From the NCBI RefSeq assembly GCF_006345805.1, contig NW_021835829.1, forward strand, positions 1 to 40,144: DNA of 40,144 nucleotides. Direction: 5' to 3'. Of the stretch, positions 1-12,313 are shown in pieces. Below the pieces are notes generated by a model. That model saw nothing but the letters and a program-made list of their open reading frames with translations, was not told the origin of the DNA and did not search any database. Within the stretch, counting starts at the first letter, position 1. Each line of letters starts with the position of its first letter. Both the position numbers and the translations under genes were made by a program. Source of the DNA: Octopus sinensis (lineage: Eukaryota).

Positions 1-242
1 GTTGTAGGTAAATAGATTCGTGTATATGTCAGACTGTGTATGTAAACACGTGCTTCGGTATATGCATGTGGATGTCAAGATGGGTGGATTTATAAATTTA
101 TTTATCTATGTATATGTATGTGGGTACATGTGTATACCCTCATTTGTGAAAGGGTGTATATATAATTACATAAGTGTATATGTCGATCTGTGTATGTATT
201 CATGTATATACGTATGTATATATGTATGTACATATATATATA

Positions 243-295
<53 letters not shown>

Positions 296-480
296 ATATA
301 TATATTATTATATTCATTTATATATGTATATATGTCTATATATATATATAGATGCCTAAATGTCTGTATGTATGCGTATGTACGTGAATGTAGGTGTATG
401 TATATGTGAGTGCATGTATGTGTGTATATATGCATATACGTATATAGGTTTGTGCGTGCGAATGCATGTGTGTATGTATC
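1..480. repeat. TA/TG-rich degenerate microsatellite with (TA)n core at about 230-350
   Basis: Direct reading. The YI/YM-rich ORFs here are repeat translations. Confidence 0.9.
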
Positions 481-879
481 TGACCACTGAATACTAAAGG
501 TCAGCTAAGGAAATTAGCATGTTTAGCCAACCATGAAGAACACATCAGCGATAGAACCAAATGAAATGCCAATTCCATTGAAATCTTACTACCATTCAAA
601 ACAGTCCACCGAAGCACACGCTGTGAAGAAAATCAGCTACTACTAAATTCAAAACCACGACACACAGAGGATATGGCTCTGTCGTCGACAATTTTAAACT
701 AAACGGTGACAACACTCGCATATCGCCTGAGGAGACACGGCTAGATCTAATTATGCAAAGAAACAATTGCATAATCAAGTACCTGTATTCTTGGAGAAAT
801 AAGTTGCGTGGAAATAATTACAACGATTAAAGAATAAAGGTCCAACCGTACGTTTCCTTGTTGACTCTAATCTCTTCAA

Positions 880-932
<53 letters not shown>

Positions 933-1176
933 TATAGTGTATATACTATATATTATATATATTTATTTACATGCTATATTATAGATATATATCTATATTT
1001 ACATACATATATATATATATGTATATATGTTTGTGCATATATATACGTCGTATGTTCATATATGTATATATGTATTACCGTACATACATACATACATACA
1101 TGCCTACAAACACATACTAGGTTTTAAAAGCATAAATACGGGGTCCATTCATAGTATAAAGATTCTCAAAGGTAGA

Positions 1177-1280
1177 GCCCCAGCATGGCCGCAGTCTATT
1201 CACTGAACGAACTGAAACAAAACAGATTATGTATATATATATATGTATATATATATTATATAATATATATATATATATAT

Positions 1281-1312
<32 letters not shown>

Positions 1313-1545
1313 GTTTTCATATATATTTATATATGTGTGCGTGTGTATTTGTGTGAGTGTGTGTCCCCCACCATTGCTTGATAACCGATGCTGGTGTGTC
1401 TCAGTCCTCGTAACTTAGTGGTTCGGCAAAAGAGACTGATGGAATAAATACTAGGCTTACAAAGAAAAGTTCTGGAGACGATCTAAAGGCAGTGCTCCAG
1501 CATGGCCACAGGCAAGTGACTGAAAGTAGTAGAAGAATAACAGAA
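1177..1545 (+). mobile_element. CORE-type tRNA SINE fragments: isolated tail at about 1177-1222 and 3' half at about 1335-1545
   Basis: GCCCCAGCATGGCCGCAGTC..CTGAAACA tail. The 3' half (TGTCCCCCACCATTGCTTG..GTTCGGCAAAAGAGACTGAT..GTGCTCCAGCATGGCC) matches the reverse complement of the full copies at 22620 and 33235. Confidence 0.85.
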
Positions 1546-1546
1546 T

Positions 1547-1579
<33 letters not shown>

Positions 1580-1607
1580 CATATGCATATATATCTTTTT
1601 TTCTTTT

Positions 1608-1794
1608 TCTCTTTTACTTGTTTCAGTAATATGACTGCGGCCATGCTGGAGCACCGCCTTTAGTCGAGCAAATCGACCCCGGGACTTATTCTTTGTAAGC
1701 CCAGTACTTATTCTATCAGTCTCTTTTGCCGAACCACTAAGTTACGGGGACGTAAACACACTACCATCGGTTGTCTAGCAATGCTAGGGGACAA

Positions 1795-1831
<37 letters not shown>

Positions 1832-1977
1832 CATATATACAACAGGCTTCTTTCAGTTTCCGTCTACCAAATCCACTCACAAGGCATTGGTCGACCCGGA
1901 GCTATAGTAGAAGACACTTGCCCTCGGAACCATGTGGTTGTTATGCAAGCTGCTTACCACACAGCCACAGCTGCGCC
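1608..1977 (-). mobile_element. CORE-type tRNA SINE, near full length (OR1/OR2-like class; family name unverified)
   Basis: Minus strand reads: tRNA-like head, internal (TA)/(TG) tract, 3' module and GTAAAAGAG tail. Homologous to 11494, 22620, 24671 and 33235. Confidence 0.9.
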
Positions 1978-2369
1978 TATATATATATATATTGACATAC
2001 ATATATATGTGTATATTTTTATGCATATGTACGTTATATATTCATAAATGTATATATGTATTTGAGAATACATACATACATACCTACACACACATATTCA
2101 CGTAAAATCGCAAGAATTCGGTTATATACTAAATATAACTTTTCATTAAAGCGGTCTGCTCTTGATATTTCAATCTATAGAATGATGAAATGAAACTAGT
2201 TGTGTGATATATTAGTTTTGTAAAACTGGTTTCAATATCGTTCGCTTTTATATTCTTTATAAAATATATTCTTTGGGATTCAGGTGTTATGAAGAATATC
2301 ATATTTGTTTATAGAAGATACGTGTTAATATGAACAAACCATCAGGCCCATATACATACACAAGTACAT

Positions 2370-3160
<791 letters not shown>

Positions 3161-4015
3161 TGGATCGGCGATCCCCAGAAACAGCTGTCGGACTTTTAAT
3201 TCTTATATTCCACCCATTTTACCTTTCTTTCTCTTTCGTTCTTTCTTTCTTTCTTTCTTTCGTTCTGTCTTTCTTTCTGTCCACTGTAATTACTGTCGCT
3301 CATTACATCCTGCAATTACGGCCTAGTTATTTTTAGTATCCCTTTTAATTAATCCTCCCGCCGTCTTTCTCATTTCTAAGTCCCTATACTTTGTTACCTG
3401 ATAACACATCTTCATTATTATCACCGGTTTCGCTTCCTCCACCCGCCTGGCCTATCTTTTCTAGTCATCCACTGTTCCACCCAATCTACCAGTCACGCTC
3501 AGCCGAGCAGAAATAACGAAGACATCCTGTTTTCTTGCAGGTTACATAACAACATCACATTGAGGCTACATTAAACTGCCCCCGGTTTATTCTGTAAAGC
3601 GAATAGCAAACGAAAACGGACAATAGAAAACCCCCCTTTATTTTGTCGTAATGAGGTCATAACATTCTCCCTAGTGGTAATACCTTGTTAAATTCAATCA
3701 GGGTACTTTGTAAAGTGATTTACAGTAGTGCAGAGACAATATAATGTCTAAGGTTTTCTTAAGTCATGCGTTTTCGAGGCGGTTACGACAACCTCTCTAA
3801 CGTTGATGCTAAGATAAGCAACGTATAGTAGCATCTGTGGAGATGTTGGTGTTAGAATGGATATCTAGCCGTAGAAGCTAAGTTAAGAATATAATATATA
3901 TGATTCAGATATGCTTTCCACCACCCTCGCTCACCTCTTTCGAGCCGTTACAACGAGATCTACCCATGAAAGCATGGAGAATGGATGTAGAATGATGTGG
4001 TTGTTGATGATAATC

Positions 4016-4080
4016 ACGACGACGATGGTGATGCCGATGTTGCTGTTGGCGACAACGAAGACGACGACGACAACGACGAC

Positions 4081-4139
<59 letters not shown>

Positions 4140-4143
4140 CGAC

Positions 4144-4187
<44 letters not shown>

Positions 4188-4282
4188 CGAGATGATGATG
4201 ATGATGGTGATGATGTGATGATGATGATGACAGATGATGATGAGATGATGGTGATGATGGTGATGATGACGACGATGATGAT

Positions 4283-4315
<33 letters not shown>

Positions 4316-4414
4316 CGATGATTGATGATGATGATGATGATGATGATGACGATGATGATGATGATGATGGTGAGATTTGATGATGATGATGACGACGATG
4401 ATGATGATGATGCA

Positions 4415-4449
<35 letters not shown>

Positions 4450-4494
4450 GACGATGATGATGATGATGATGGTGATGATGGTGATGATGACGAC

Positions 4495-4532
<38 letters not shown>

Positions 4533-4581
4533 CGACGATGATGATGATGATGATGATGACGACGATGGTGATGATGATGAT
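4016..4581. repeat. (GAT)n/(GAC)n trinucleotide array
   Basis: About 560 bp of GAT with frame-breaking single-base indels. It explains the poly-H/M/D/S/I ORFs. Confidence 0.95.
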
Positions 4582-4813
4582 TGGCAAAGGTGACTGCGAT
4601 GATGATATTTATATTCCATGCCGCAGAACGCTTTGAAGATATTTGCCAATACATTTCTAAGACATTTAATAGTATTTCTTGGTAATATGCGATGGAATCA
4701 CCTCACTCCTTTCTTTGTTCAGCCACCGTTTATATACTAAAAACACTTAATGGTTATATACATATATACATACACGCATACGTGTGTGAGAGTGTGTATA
4801 GTTGCCTGTGCTT

Positions 4814-4816
4814 CTA

Positions 4817-4869
<53 letters not shown>

Positions 4870-4899
4870 ATCTCTCTCTCTCTATCTCTCTCTCTCTCA

Positions 4900-4938
<39 letters not shown>

Positions 4939-5157
4939 TATCTCTATCTCTCTCTCTCTCTCTTCTATCGCTCTCTCTCATCTATCTATCTATCTATCTC
5001 TCTCTCTCTCTCTCTATCTACTATCTCTCTCTCTCATCTCTCTATCTCTCTCTCTCGATCTCTATCTCTCTATCTATCTATCTATCTATCTATCTCTCTT
5101 TCTCTCTCTATCTATCTCTCTCTCTCTCGCTCTACTATCTATCTATCTATCTATCTA

Positions 5158-5206
<49 letters not shown>

Positions 5207-5318
5207 CTCCTCTCTCTCTCTCTCATCTATCTATCTATCTATCTCTCTCTCTCTCTATCTAGCTCTCTCATCTATCTCTCTCTCTCTCTCTCTCTATCTA
5301 TCTCTCTCTCTCTCTCTA

Positions 5319-5356
<38 letters not shown>

Positions 5357-5429
5357 CTATCTCTCTCTCTCTATCTATCTCTCTCTCTCTCGTCTATCTA
5401 TCTATCTCTCTCTCTCATCTCTCTCTCTA

Positions 5430-5460
<31 letters not shown>

Positions 5461-5479
5461 TATCTTACATTATCTATCT

Positions 5480-5510
<31 letters not shown>

Positions 5511-5512
5511 CT
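4814..5512. repeat. (CT)n/(CTAT)n compound microsatellite
   Basis: Direct reading. It explains the LSLS/IYLS ORFs. Confidence 0.95.
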
Positions 5513-5618
5513 ACATACACACACATATATATTTAATATATATCTCTATATATTTAGTATGTGTATGAATGTAATGAATATATACATACATTTATACAAT
5601 AATATACATACACATAAA

Positions 5619-5828
5619 GGCGGAGAGCTGGCAGAAACGTTAGCTCACCGGGCGAAATGCTTAGCGGTATTTCGTCTGTCTTTACGTTCTGAGTTCAAAT
5701 TCCGCCCAGGTCGACTGTGCCTTTCATATTTTCGGGGTCTATAAATTAAGTATCAGTTGCTTACTGGGGTCGATCTAATCGAATCGTCCCTTCCCCCAAA
5801 TTTCGGGCCTTGGGCCTAGAGTAGAAAA
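5619..5828 (+). mobile_element. tRNA-derived SINE 'family A' (short-tail form)
   Basis: GGCGGAGAGCTGGCAGAAACGTTAG head, B-box-like GAGTTCAAATTCC, central GTCGACTGTGCCTTTCAT..GGGGTC.ATAAATTAAGTA block, tail GGGCCTTGGGCCTAGAGTAGAAAA. Confidence 0.9.
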
Positions 5829-5829
5829 C

Positions 5830-5874
<45 letters not shown>

Positions 5875-5982
5875 CACACATATTGACGATTGTGAGTGTC
5901 ACAAAATTGGTAAAAACTGAAAAGGAAAGCATAGAATTATAAAGAAAATGAGATACATAAATAGATGATAGATAAGGAGTGA

Positions 5983-6087
5983 CCCTTCGGGATCGATAAA
6001 TTAAGTACCAGTTGCGTACTGGGATCGTTCTAAAGTACTGGCCCCCTCCGCGAAAAATTTCGGGCCTTGTGCCCAGAATAGAAAAGA
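5983..6087 (+). mobile_element. SINE family A, 3' fragment
   Basis: CCTTCGGGATCGATAAATTAAGTACCAGTTGCGTACTGGG..TTTCGGGCCTTGTGCCCAGAATAGAAAAG. Confidence 0.8.
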
Positions 6088-6231
6088 AAAGAACGAAAGT
6101 TAATTCACGAAGGCACTGATCGAGCAAGATCGCCTTTCACTGAATGAAACCAAATCATGAAAAAAAAAAAAAAAGAAGAAAATCAAAAAGAAAAAAATAC
6201 TGTGGTTTTGTGGAGGAATGGAACTTAACTC

Positions 6232-6985
6232 TTTTGTTACCATATTTCTGCAGAAATGCAAGGCTTTTGTTTTCAATTAATTTTGAAAATAATAAAGAAT
6301 TCAGTTAAATAATTTTGTAATAATTAACTTTCCTGTTTGCAACTTAAATTACGATGACATTTTGATCGATGTTTTTCATTCCAATCTTAGCTCTTTTGTT
6401 GCAGTATTTCTGTGGAAATATACAGCATTTGTTACAATAAATCCTAAAAATAATGAAGAATTTAACTAAAATTATTTTCCCATTATGAAGCTGTTCTGTG
6501 CAACATAAATTAGCATGAGATTCTGATGCAAGGTTTTAATTCACGTCACTTGAACTTTCTTTGTTTTTATATTTCTACAGAAATACATTGCTTTGTTTTA
6601 ACTCAGTTTAAAAATATGAAGAATTTAGTAAAACATCTTTGTTCTTATTAAGGAGGTTTTTGGGATTATTGCAAAAAAAAAATAAAAGGTTTTAATTTAG
6701 GTTACTTTAATCCTTTTGTTGCCAGATTTCGGTTGAAACACTAACTTTGTTACAATGAATTCTTTGTCGCTATTAAACAGGTGTTTGGAACATAAAAGGT
6801 TTCCATTTCTTTTTGTTCCCACATTTCTGCTGAATACGTTACTTTGTCTCAGTTACTTTTCAAAACAATGAAGAATTTATTAGAATAACTTCGCCATTAT
6901 GAAGTTTGTATTTGGAATAGAATCACGTGAGATTTGAACTTCCTGAAAGTTTACAAATTTCGTTTAATTTTCATGTTCCTTTGAT
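6232..6985. repeat. Degenerate tandem repeat of about 155-165 bp, about 5 units
   Basis: Units begin TTTTGTT.C.A.ATTTC at about 6232, 6394, 6559, 6714 and 6811. Most carry AATGAAGAATTTA and AAGGTTTTAAT-like motifs. Confidence 0.75.
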
Positions 6986-8407
6986 ACGGAGAAGACGCAT
7001 CATACAGTGTTTAAACTAATTTGCATAGTGGCGATAATTTGACAGCCGTTAAGTAATACTTCATATATCGCCTCAGCAGGAATGATATTTATGTGTACAT
7101 GTAGAGGTTTCACTATATTAGTCTGAATATTTAAATCTGTTACTGACAGCATAATTACACGTTCAAATCTGAAATCTCTTCATATGCATCTATATGTCGT
7201 TCAGTTGTACCCGGAAGCGTTTGTGACTTTTGAATTTATGTTACTGACATTCTTGGTCTTTGACGAAAGTAAGGGTCTACGGATGTGATCGATTTTGAAG
7301 GTGCATATCGTTGCCTTTGTGCATGATATACGCCTGATTGATCTGTGGTGAACAGTGAATAGAAATATTTGCCTATGTGTGTTAGATGATATCGATTTCT
7401 TTATTTACCAAATCGTTGCAATTGTCACGTGACTTATATATAACACCGATATATTGTTAGCCTGCGAGATAGAGAAAATGGACGACCGTGAATAACATAG
7501 GAAATGGATATATATATGTGCATGCATATATCTCTAAGTACATACGCAAGTATGTATATCATGGTTTAGTTTTATTTCAAGATTTCTGGGCAATAGAGAA
7601 AAAGTTTAGTTATACATGTTCCGTAAACGTATTGAAATTCCTCGATGTTATGCATGTATTCGGTAAGGTCGGAATTACCTAATAATCGTGATGTTCATAA
7701 TTTGCAAGTCGAATATGCAAATATATTGGGTATGCAACCAGTAAACAGTCATACGGAAATATGACAGGTAGTCCGGCTCCCCTCATCAAGAGAAGGTCGT
7801 CAAAAGCATATCATATAGATACTAATGCCAGAGATTTAAATGGTTGAAGAGAGAGAGAGAGAGAGAGAGAAGAGAGAGAGAGCGAAAGAGAGACAGAGAG
7901 ACAGACAGACAGAGGGGCGGGAGAATAAGAACAGAGTGTATATATGTACATATATTCTATTACGTGTGACTGCATTATTATGTGGATTACACTGCAATCT
8001 TAGGATTTTGAAAACAACTCACTGGTCTCGGGTACAACCTTACTGATCCATTAGGTGTGCGGGGATTCCCAGGTTAGGGGCCATTTTTACATTAGAGATA
8101 AACAATTAGATTGAAGACAAACAAATAGATTCAGAGTTCGCAAATCCAACAATGTTCTATAAATTGCTCGTGTTTATTTCGTTGTCTGGTTACAAAGTTC
8201 TCATTATATTCACCACCTTAGTTTCGTATTTTGACTGTTGTCTCATACCTTATCATTTTCATCTCTCTGTGTCTCCCGTTCTCTTTCTTTTATTCCATTT
8301 CTTACTTTTCCCTCTTTACAAGTTCGTTAAAATATTTACCTTCATCTTCTTGCGTCTCGTTATTGCCGTTGTTATTGTTGCTGTTGTTAATGCCGTCATG
8401 TTTTTGT

Positions 8408-8630
8408 AAAATAAACACCAGTACCACCACCAGCACCACCAGCAGCAGCACCACCACCACCACCACCACAAACACCTCATCTTCACCTTCATCTTCCCAT
8501 CTTCCTACGCTTCCTCTTCTCCTACATCATCATCACCGCCCCTCCTTCCCTTCCCTCCTTTCCTTTCCTCCTTACCCTCCTCCTTATTCTTGTCTTCCTC
8601 TTCTTCCGCTTCCTCCTTCTCCTCTAACTT
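8408..8630. repeat. (CAC)n/(CCT/CTT) low-complexity tract
   Basis: Direct reading. Confidence 0.8.
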
Positions 8631-8990
8631 CTGGACCGTTATCATTACACGTAATATCAGCGTTTCGAATCTAGACTCGCTAATCTCATCATCTCTAGCA
8701 ATCTGAATTTCGTTATTCTATCTCTTTTTCATTTTTTTATCACCTCCTTTCTATTCTCTGCGCTGTATCTGTCTGTTTGTCCCGATGTCCCTTCATCACT
8801 CTCTTTGTCCGCCATTCTCTCCGTCTATTTATTTGTCTGCGAGTGAATTCCTCTGTCTTTTTCTCAATCGACTATTTTTAAAAATTTAATTATTTCAGAA
8901 ATACGCCTTAATCTTCTGACTCGAAACTATCGAATAAACTCCATCCGTACACATGCAGCAAACATCTGTTCTACAATGTGGGAAAATATC

Positions 8991-9189
8991 GGTTTCAAAT
9001 TTTGGGACAAAAGACCAGTTATTCCGGTAAAGGGATTATATCGATCCCAGTTTTCAACTGGTTCTTATTTTATCAACCCCCGAAAGAGATAAAAGACTTT
9101 GGTGGAATTTCAACTGAGAAATTGAAGTCCGACGAAATGAGGCCAAACATTTTGTCCGACGGGTTAACTATTCTGCCCGCTCATCGCCT
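8991..9189 (-). mobile_element. SINE family A, old diverged copy
   Basis: The reverse complement reads AAGGCGATGAGCGGGCAGAATAGTTAAC..ATTTCGTC..GGGGTTGATAAAATAAGAACCAGTTG. Confidence 0.75.
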
Positions 9190-9350
9190 TTTAAAGCATT
9201 AAAAAATTTCCTCTTCTCGATTAGCAAATAGTCTTTGCATAATGCCTAATTCGGTGAAATCAACAGCAATTTTGGTCGCAGGGGTAAATCAGTTACAATG
9301 ACCATATTATTTGACTGGTACTTTATTTTATCGAACGCGGATGGTTGAAA

Positions 9351-9581
9351 GGTGAGCTGGCAGAAACGTTAGCACACCGGGCGAAATGCGTAGCCGTATT
9401 TCGTCTGCTGTTACGTTCTGAGTTCAAATTCCGCTGAAGTCGACTTTGCCTTTCATTCTTTCGGGGTCGATAAATTAAGTACCAGTTACGCACTGGGGTC
9501 GATATAATCGACTTAATCCGATTGTCTGTCTCTGTTTGTCCGCTCTGTATTTATCCCCTTGTGTGTAGTAAAGAAATTGGG
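9351..9581 (+). mobile_element. SINE family A (long-tail form), young copy with TSD, nested in an older minus-strand copy
   Basis: Near-consensus body. TGGTTGAAAGGT is repeated at 9342-9353 and 9582-9593. The flanks (GACTGGTACTTTATTTTATCGAAC..|..AAAACTGACCCCAGC) are two halves of an older family A copy. Confidence 0.9.
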
Positions 9582-10105
9582 TGGTTGAAAGGTAAAACTG
9601 ACCCCAGCAATGCATCATCTTAAAAAAGCGCAATGCCAGAGGAGGAAATAAACTCTGAAATCTCCCTCATTATATTACTGGCATTCCTAAGTCTCTACCT
9701 GGAACCAAATCTTGAAGCAGTTTTTCGCGTTTATTAAAGCCTTTACAAATGTCATCGCAAAATATTTCTGCTCTGTTTCTTTTGCTTTCAGACTGAAATG
9801 CTGCAACTTTTCTTACTGTTGTTGTTGTGGTCGTTGCTGCTGTTAAGTGTTGTGGCTACAATGCTTTTGCAATCGTTATTGATTTTGCTGTTGTAGCTAT
9901 CGTGATGGTTAACCCTGAAAGGCATCGAACTCAGAACGTAACGGGTCAGAACACTTTACATGGAACTGTTTCCCGACGCACCAATGATTCTGTCAGCTTA
10001 ACACTTCATTAAACAAAATAGCTGATGCATAGGTGGATAATTACAGTTGTACCAAGTTCGATGTGGAGGCCAAATAGATAATGGAGGGATGTAGGGATTT
10101 ACATC

Positions 10106-10184
<79 letters not shown>

Positions 10185-10185
<1 letters not shown>

Positions 10186-10730
10186 ATGCTGGCCATTGAT
10201 AAAATTTTTTTCGAAAAGAATCTTTTTCGGAAAAAATTTTTATCCTACATTAGATATAAATTTAAGCGTTCACTTCCGGACTCTCTCACTCTGTGAGAAC
10301 CTCAGTTCAAATCGCACGTCTCGAATGGGCTGGAGTATTTCTATTTTGGATGTATTTGGGGTACTTAATTGTGCCCGTGACTTAGTATTTGCTTCTTCCA
10401 TGGGTATGAGTAAGTATCTCATTTATTTCTTTTACCACATTTATAACTGACGAAGAGAGGGTTCTTATGAGCTAACTCTGAAATCGGTCCGATATGGTAA
10501 TAATGGAAATTTTTTAGAAATTTCTGTCGACCTTTTTTCGAGTAGCATGCGTATTATGAAAAAATTATATGGTTAATGGACAATATGTCCAATTTTTCGG
10601 CATATTTGGCATTAGAAATTTTTTCGTTTGCTCTTATTTATGAATTGTTTATAAATTTAACCTTTAAAGGTATTTTTTAATATGCTGGCCATTGATAAAA
10701 TTTTTTTCGAAAAAATTTTATCCTACATTA
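10185..10730 (+). mobile_element. Terminally redundant 496-bp unit containing a hammerhead motif (retrozyme-like or PLE pLTR-derived)
   Basis: TATGCTGGCCATTGATAAAATTTTTTTCGAAAA..TATCCTACATTA occurs at 10185-10252 and 10681-10730. (TA)n lies on both sides. Confidence 0.65.
10432..10500 (+). ncRNA. Candidate minimal type I hammerhead ribozyme
   Basis: CTGACGA at 10447-53. Stem II AGAG/CTCT with inner GTTC-TTAT-GAGC. GAAA at 10480-83. Self-complementary ATCGGT, then GTC (cut after 10489). Distal stem I TTACCACAT/ATATGGTAA, but the proximal stem I is unpaired. Confidence 0.5.
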
Positions 10731-10754
10731 TATATATATATATATATATATATA

Positions 10755-10756
<2 letters not shown>

Positions 10757-10831
<75 letters not shown>

Positions 10832-10956
10832 CTGTGTGTGTGTGTGTCTGTGTGTGTGTGTGTGTCTGTGTGTGTGTGTGTCTGTGTGTTGTGTGTGTGT
10901 GTGTGTGTGTGTGTCTGTGTGTCTGTGTGTATGTGTGTGTGTGTGTGTGTGTCTGT

Positions 10957-10987
<31 letters not shown>

Positions 10988-11210
10988 GGGGTGTGTGGTC
11001 TGTGTGTTGTGTGTCTGTGTGTATGTGTGTGTGTGTGTGTGTTGTGTGTGTGTGTGTCTGTGTGTCTGTGTGTCTGTGTGTGTGTGTGTGTCTGTGTGTA
11101 TGTGTGTCTGTGTGTGTGTGTGTGTGTGTGTGTCGTGTGTCTGTGTGTCTGTGTGTGTGTGTGTGTGTCTGTGTGTCTGTGTGTCTGTGTCTGTGTGTAT
11201 GTGTGTGTAT
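10757..11210. repeat. (GT)n/(GTCT) microsatellite array
   Basis: Direct reading. It explains the CV/HT ORFs. Confidence 0.95.
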
Positions 11211-11230
11211 GCGTGCATAAGTGCGTCTAT

Positions 11231-11345
11231 ATTTGCGCCCAACCATCGCTTGACAACCGATGTTGGTGTTTTACGTACCCATAATCTAGCGAATCGGAAA
11301 AAAACGGATACAAGTACTAGGCTTACAAGGAATAAGTCCTGGGGG
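11231..11345 (+). mobile_element. CORE-type SINE, 3' module fragment
   Basis: ACCATCGCTTGACAACCGATGTTGGTGT..AAGTACTAGGCTTACAAGGAATAAGTCCTGGGG. Confidence 0.8.
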
Positions 11346-11354
11346 GGGGGCGAA

Positions 11355-11393
<39 letters not shown>

Positions 11394-11410
11394 TATATAT
11401 AAACACACAC

Positions 11411-11457
<47 letters not shown>

Positions 11458-11493
11458 CATGTATGTATGTATCTATTTTCTTTCTTTTTTCTT

Positions 11494-11873
11494 TTACTTG
11501 TTTCAGTCATCTGACTGCGGCCATGCTGGAGCACCGCCTTTAGTCGAGCAATCGACCCGGGACTTATTATTAGTAGCCCAGTACTTATTCTATCGGTCTC
11601 TTTTGCCGAACCTCTAAGTGACGGGGACGTAAACACACCAGCATCGGTTGTCAAGCAATGCTAGGGGGACAAACACAGACACACAAACACAACACACAAC
11701 ACATATACATATATACGACGGGCTTCTTTCAGTTTCCGTCTACCAAATCCACTCACAAGGCATTGGTCGGCCCGGGGCTATAGCAGAAGACACTCGCCCA
11801 AGATGCCACGCAGTGGGACTGAACCCGGAACCATGTGGTTGGTTAGCAAGCTACTTACCACACAGCCACTCCT
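11494..11873 (-). mobile_element. CORE-type SINE, full length
   Basis: CTTTTACTTGTTTCAGTCATCTGACTGCGGCC..CACTCGCCCAAGATGCCACGCAGTGGGACTGAACCCGGAACC..CAGCCACTCC. Confidence 0.92.
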
Positions 11874-12230
11874 GATGTATAAAATACATCAAGTACAAGT
11901 GAAAAATATGTAAACACACAATGAGAGAGAAGTACGGGACAAAATACCAAAAGAAATGTAACCCCTTCTCAGTTGTCGACTATTAATTACTCCCTATTTT
12001 GTGCTTTCAACGACAATATAGAAAAACTTCACAAAACAACAGCATTCAAAAATTTTTTTAAAAATAAAATTTCTGGAGAATTAGAGATTGAAACGAACAC
12101 ACCACGACAGGATGGACGTCTGGAGTAAACAATCGACGAAGACAAGCATAAAGGGCCGTCAGGCCAAGACGCACTGTTATGGGTAACGCCTGGGAAGTAA
12201 ATTTTGAAAGGATACAGAACCACATATATA

Positions 12231-12310
<80 letters not shown>

Positions 12311-12313
<3 letters not shown>

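Noticed and set aside
727-780. CTGAGGAG..GAAACAATTGC as a hammerhead
   Set aside because: There is no stem II, no U16.1-H17 and no stem I. The GAAAC lies in the loop of an unrelated ATTATGCAA/TTGCATAAT hairpin.
2180-2235. ATGATGAAATGAAACTAGTT as a hammerhead remnant
   Set aside because: There is no C3 and no stem II. It is better explained as one arm of a TGAAACTAGTT/AACTGGTTTCA inverted repeat.
3421-3440. GAAACCGGTG on the minus strand
   Set aside because: The cleavage position is G and no upstream CTGANGA core is present.
3525-3580. Strong acceptor TTTTCTTGCAG|G
   Set aside because: All three frames stop within about 40 nt and no donor was found. A UTR exon cannot be excluded.
9792-9897. 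Acceptor followed by a signal-peptide-like MLQLFLLLLLWSLLLL
   Set aside because: It derives from (GTT)n low complexity and ends in a stop after about 32 codons.
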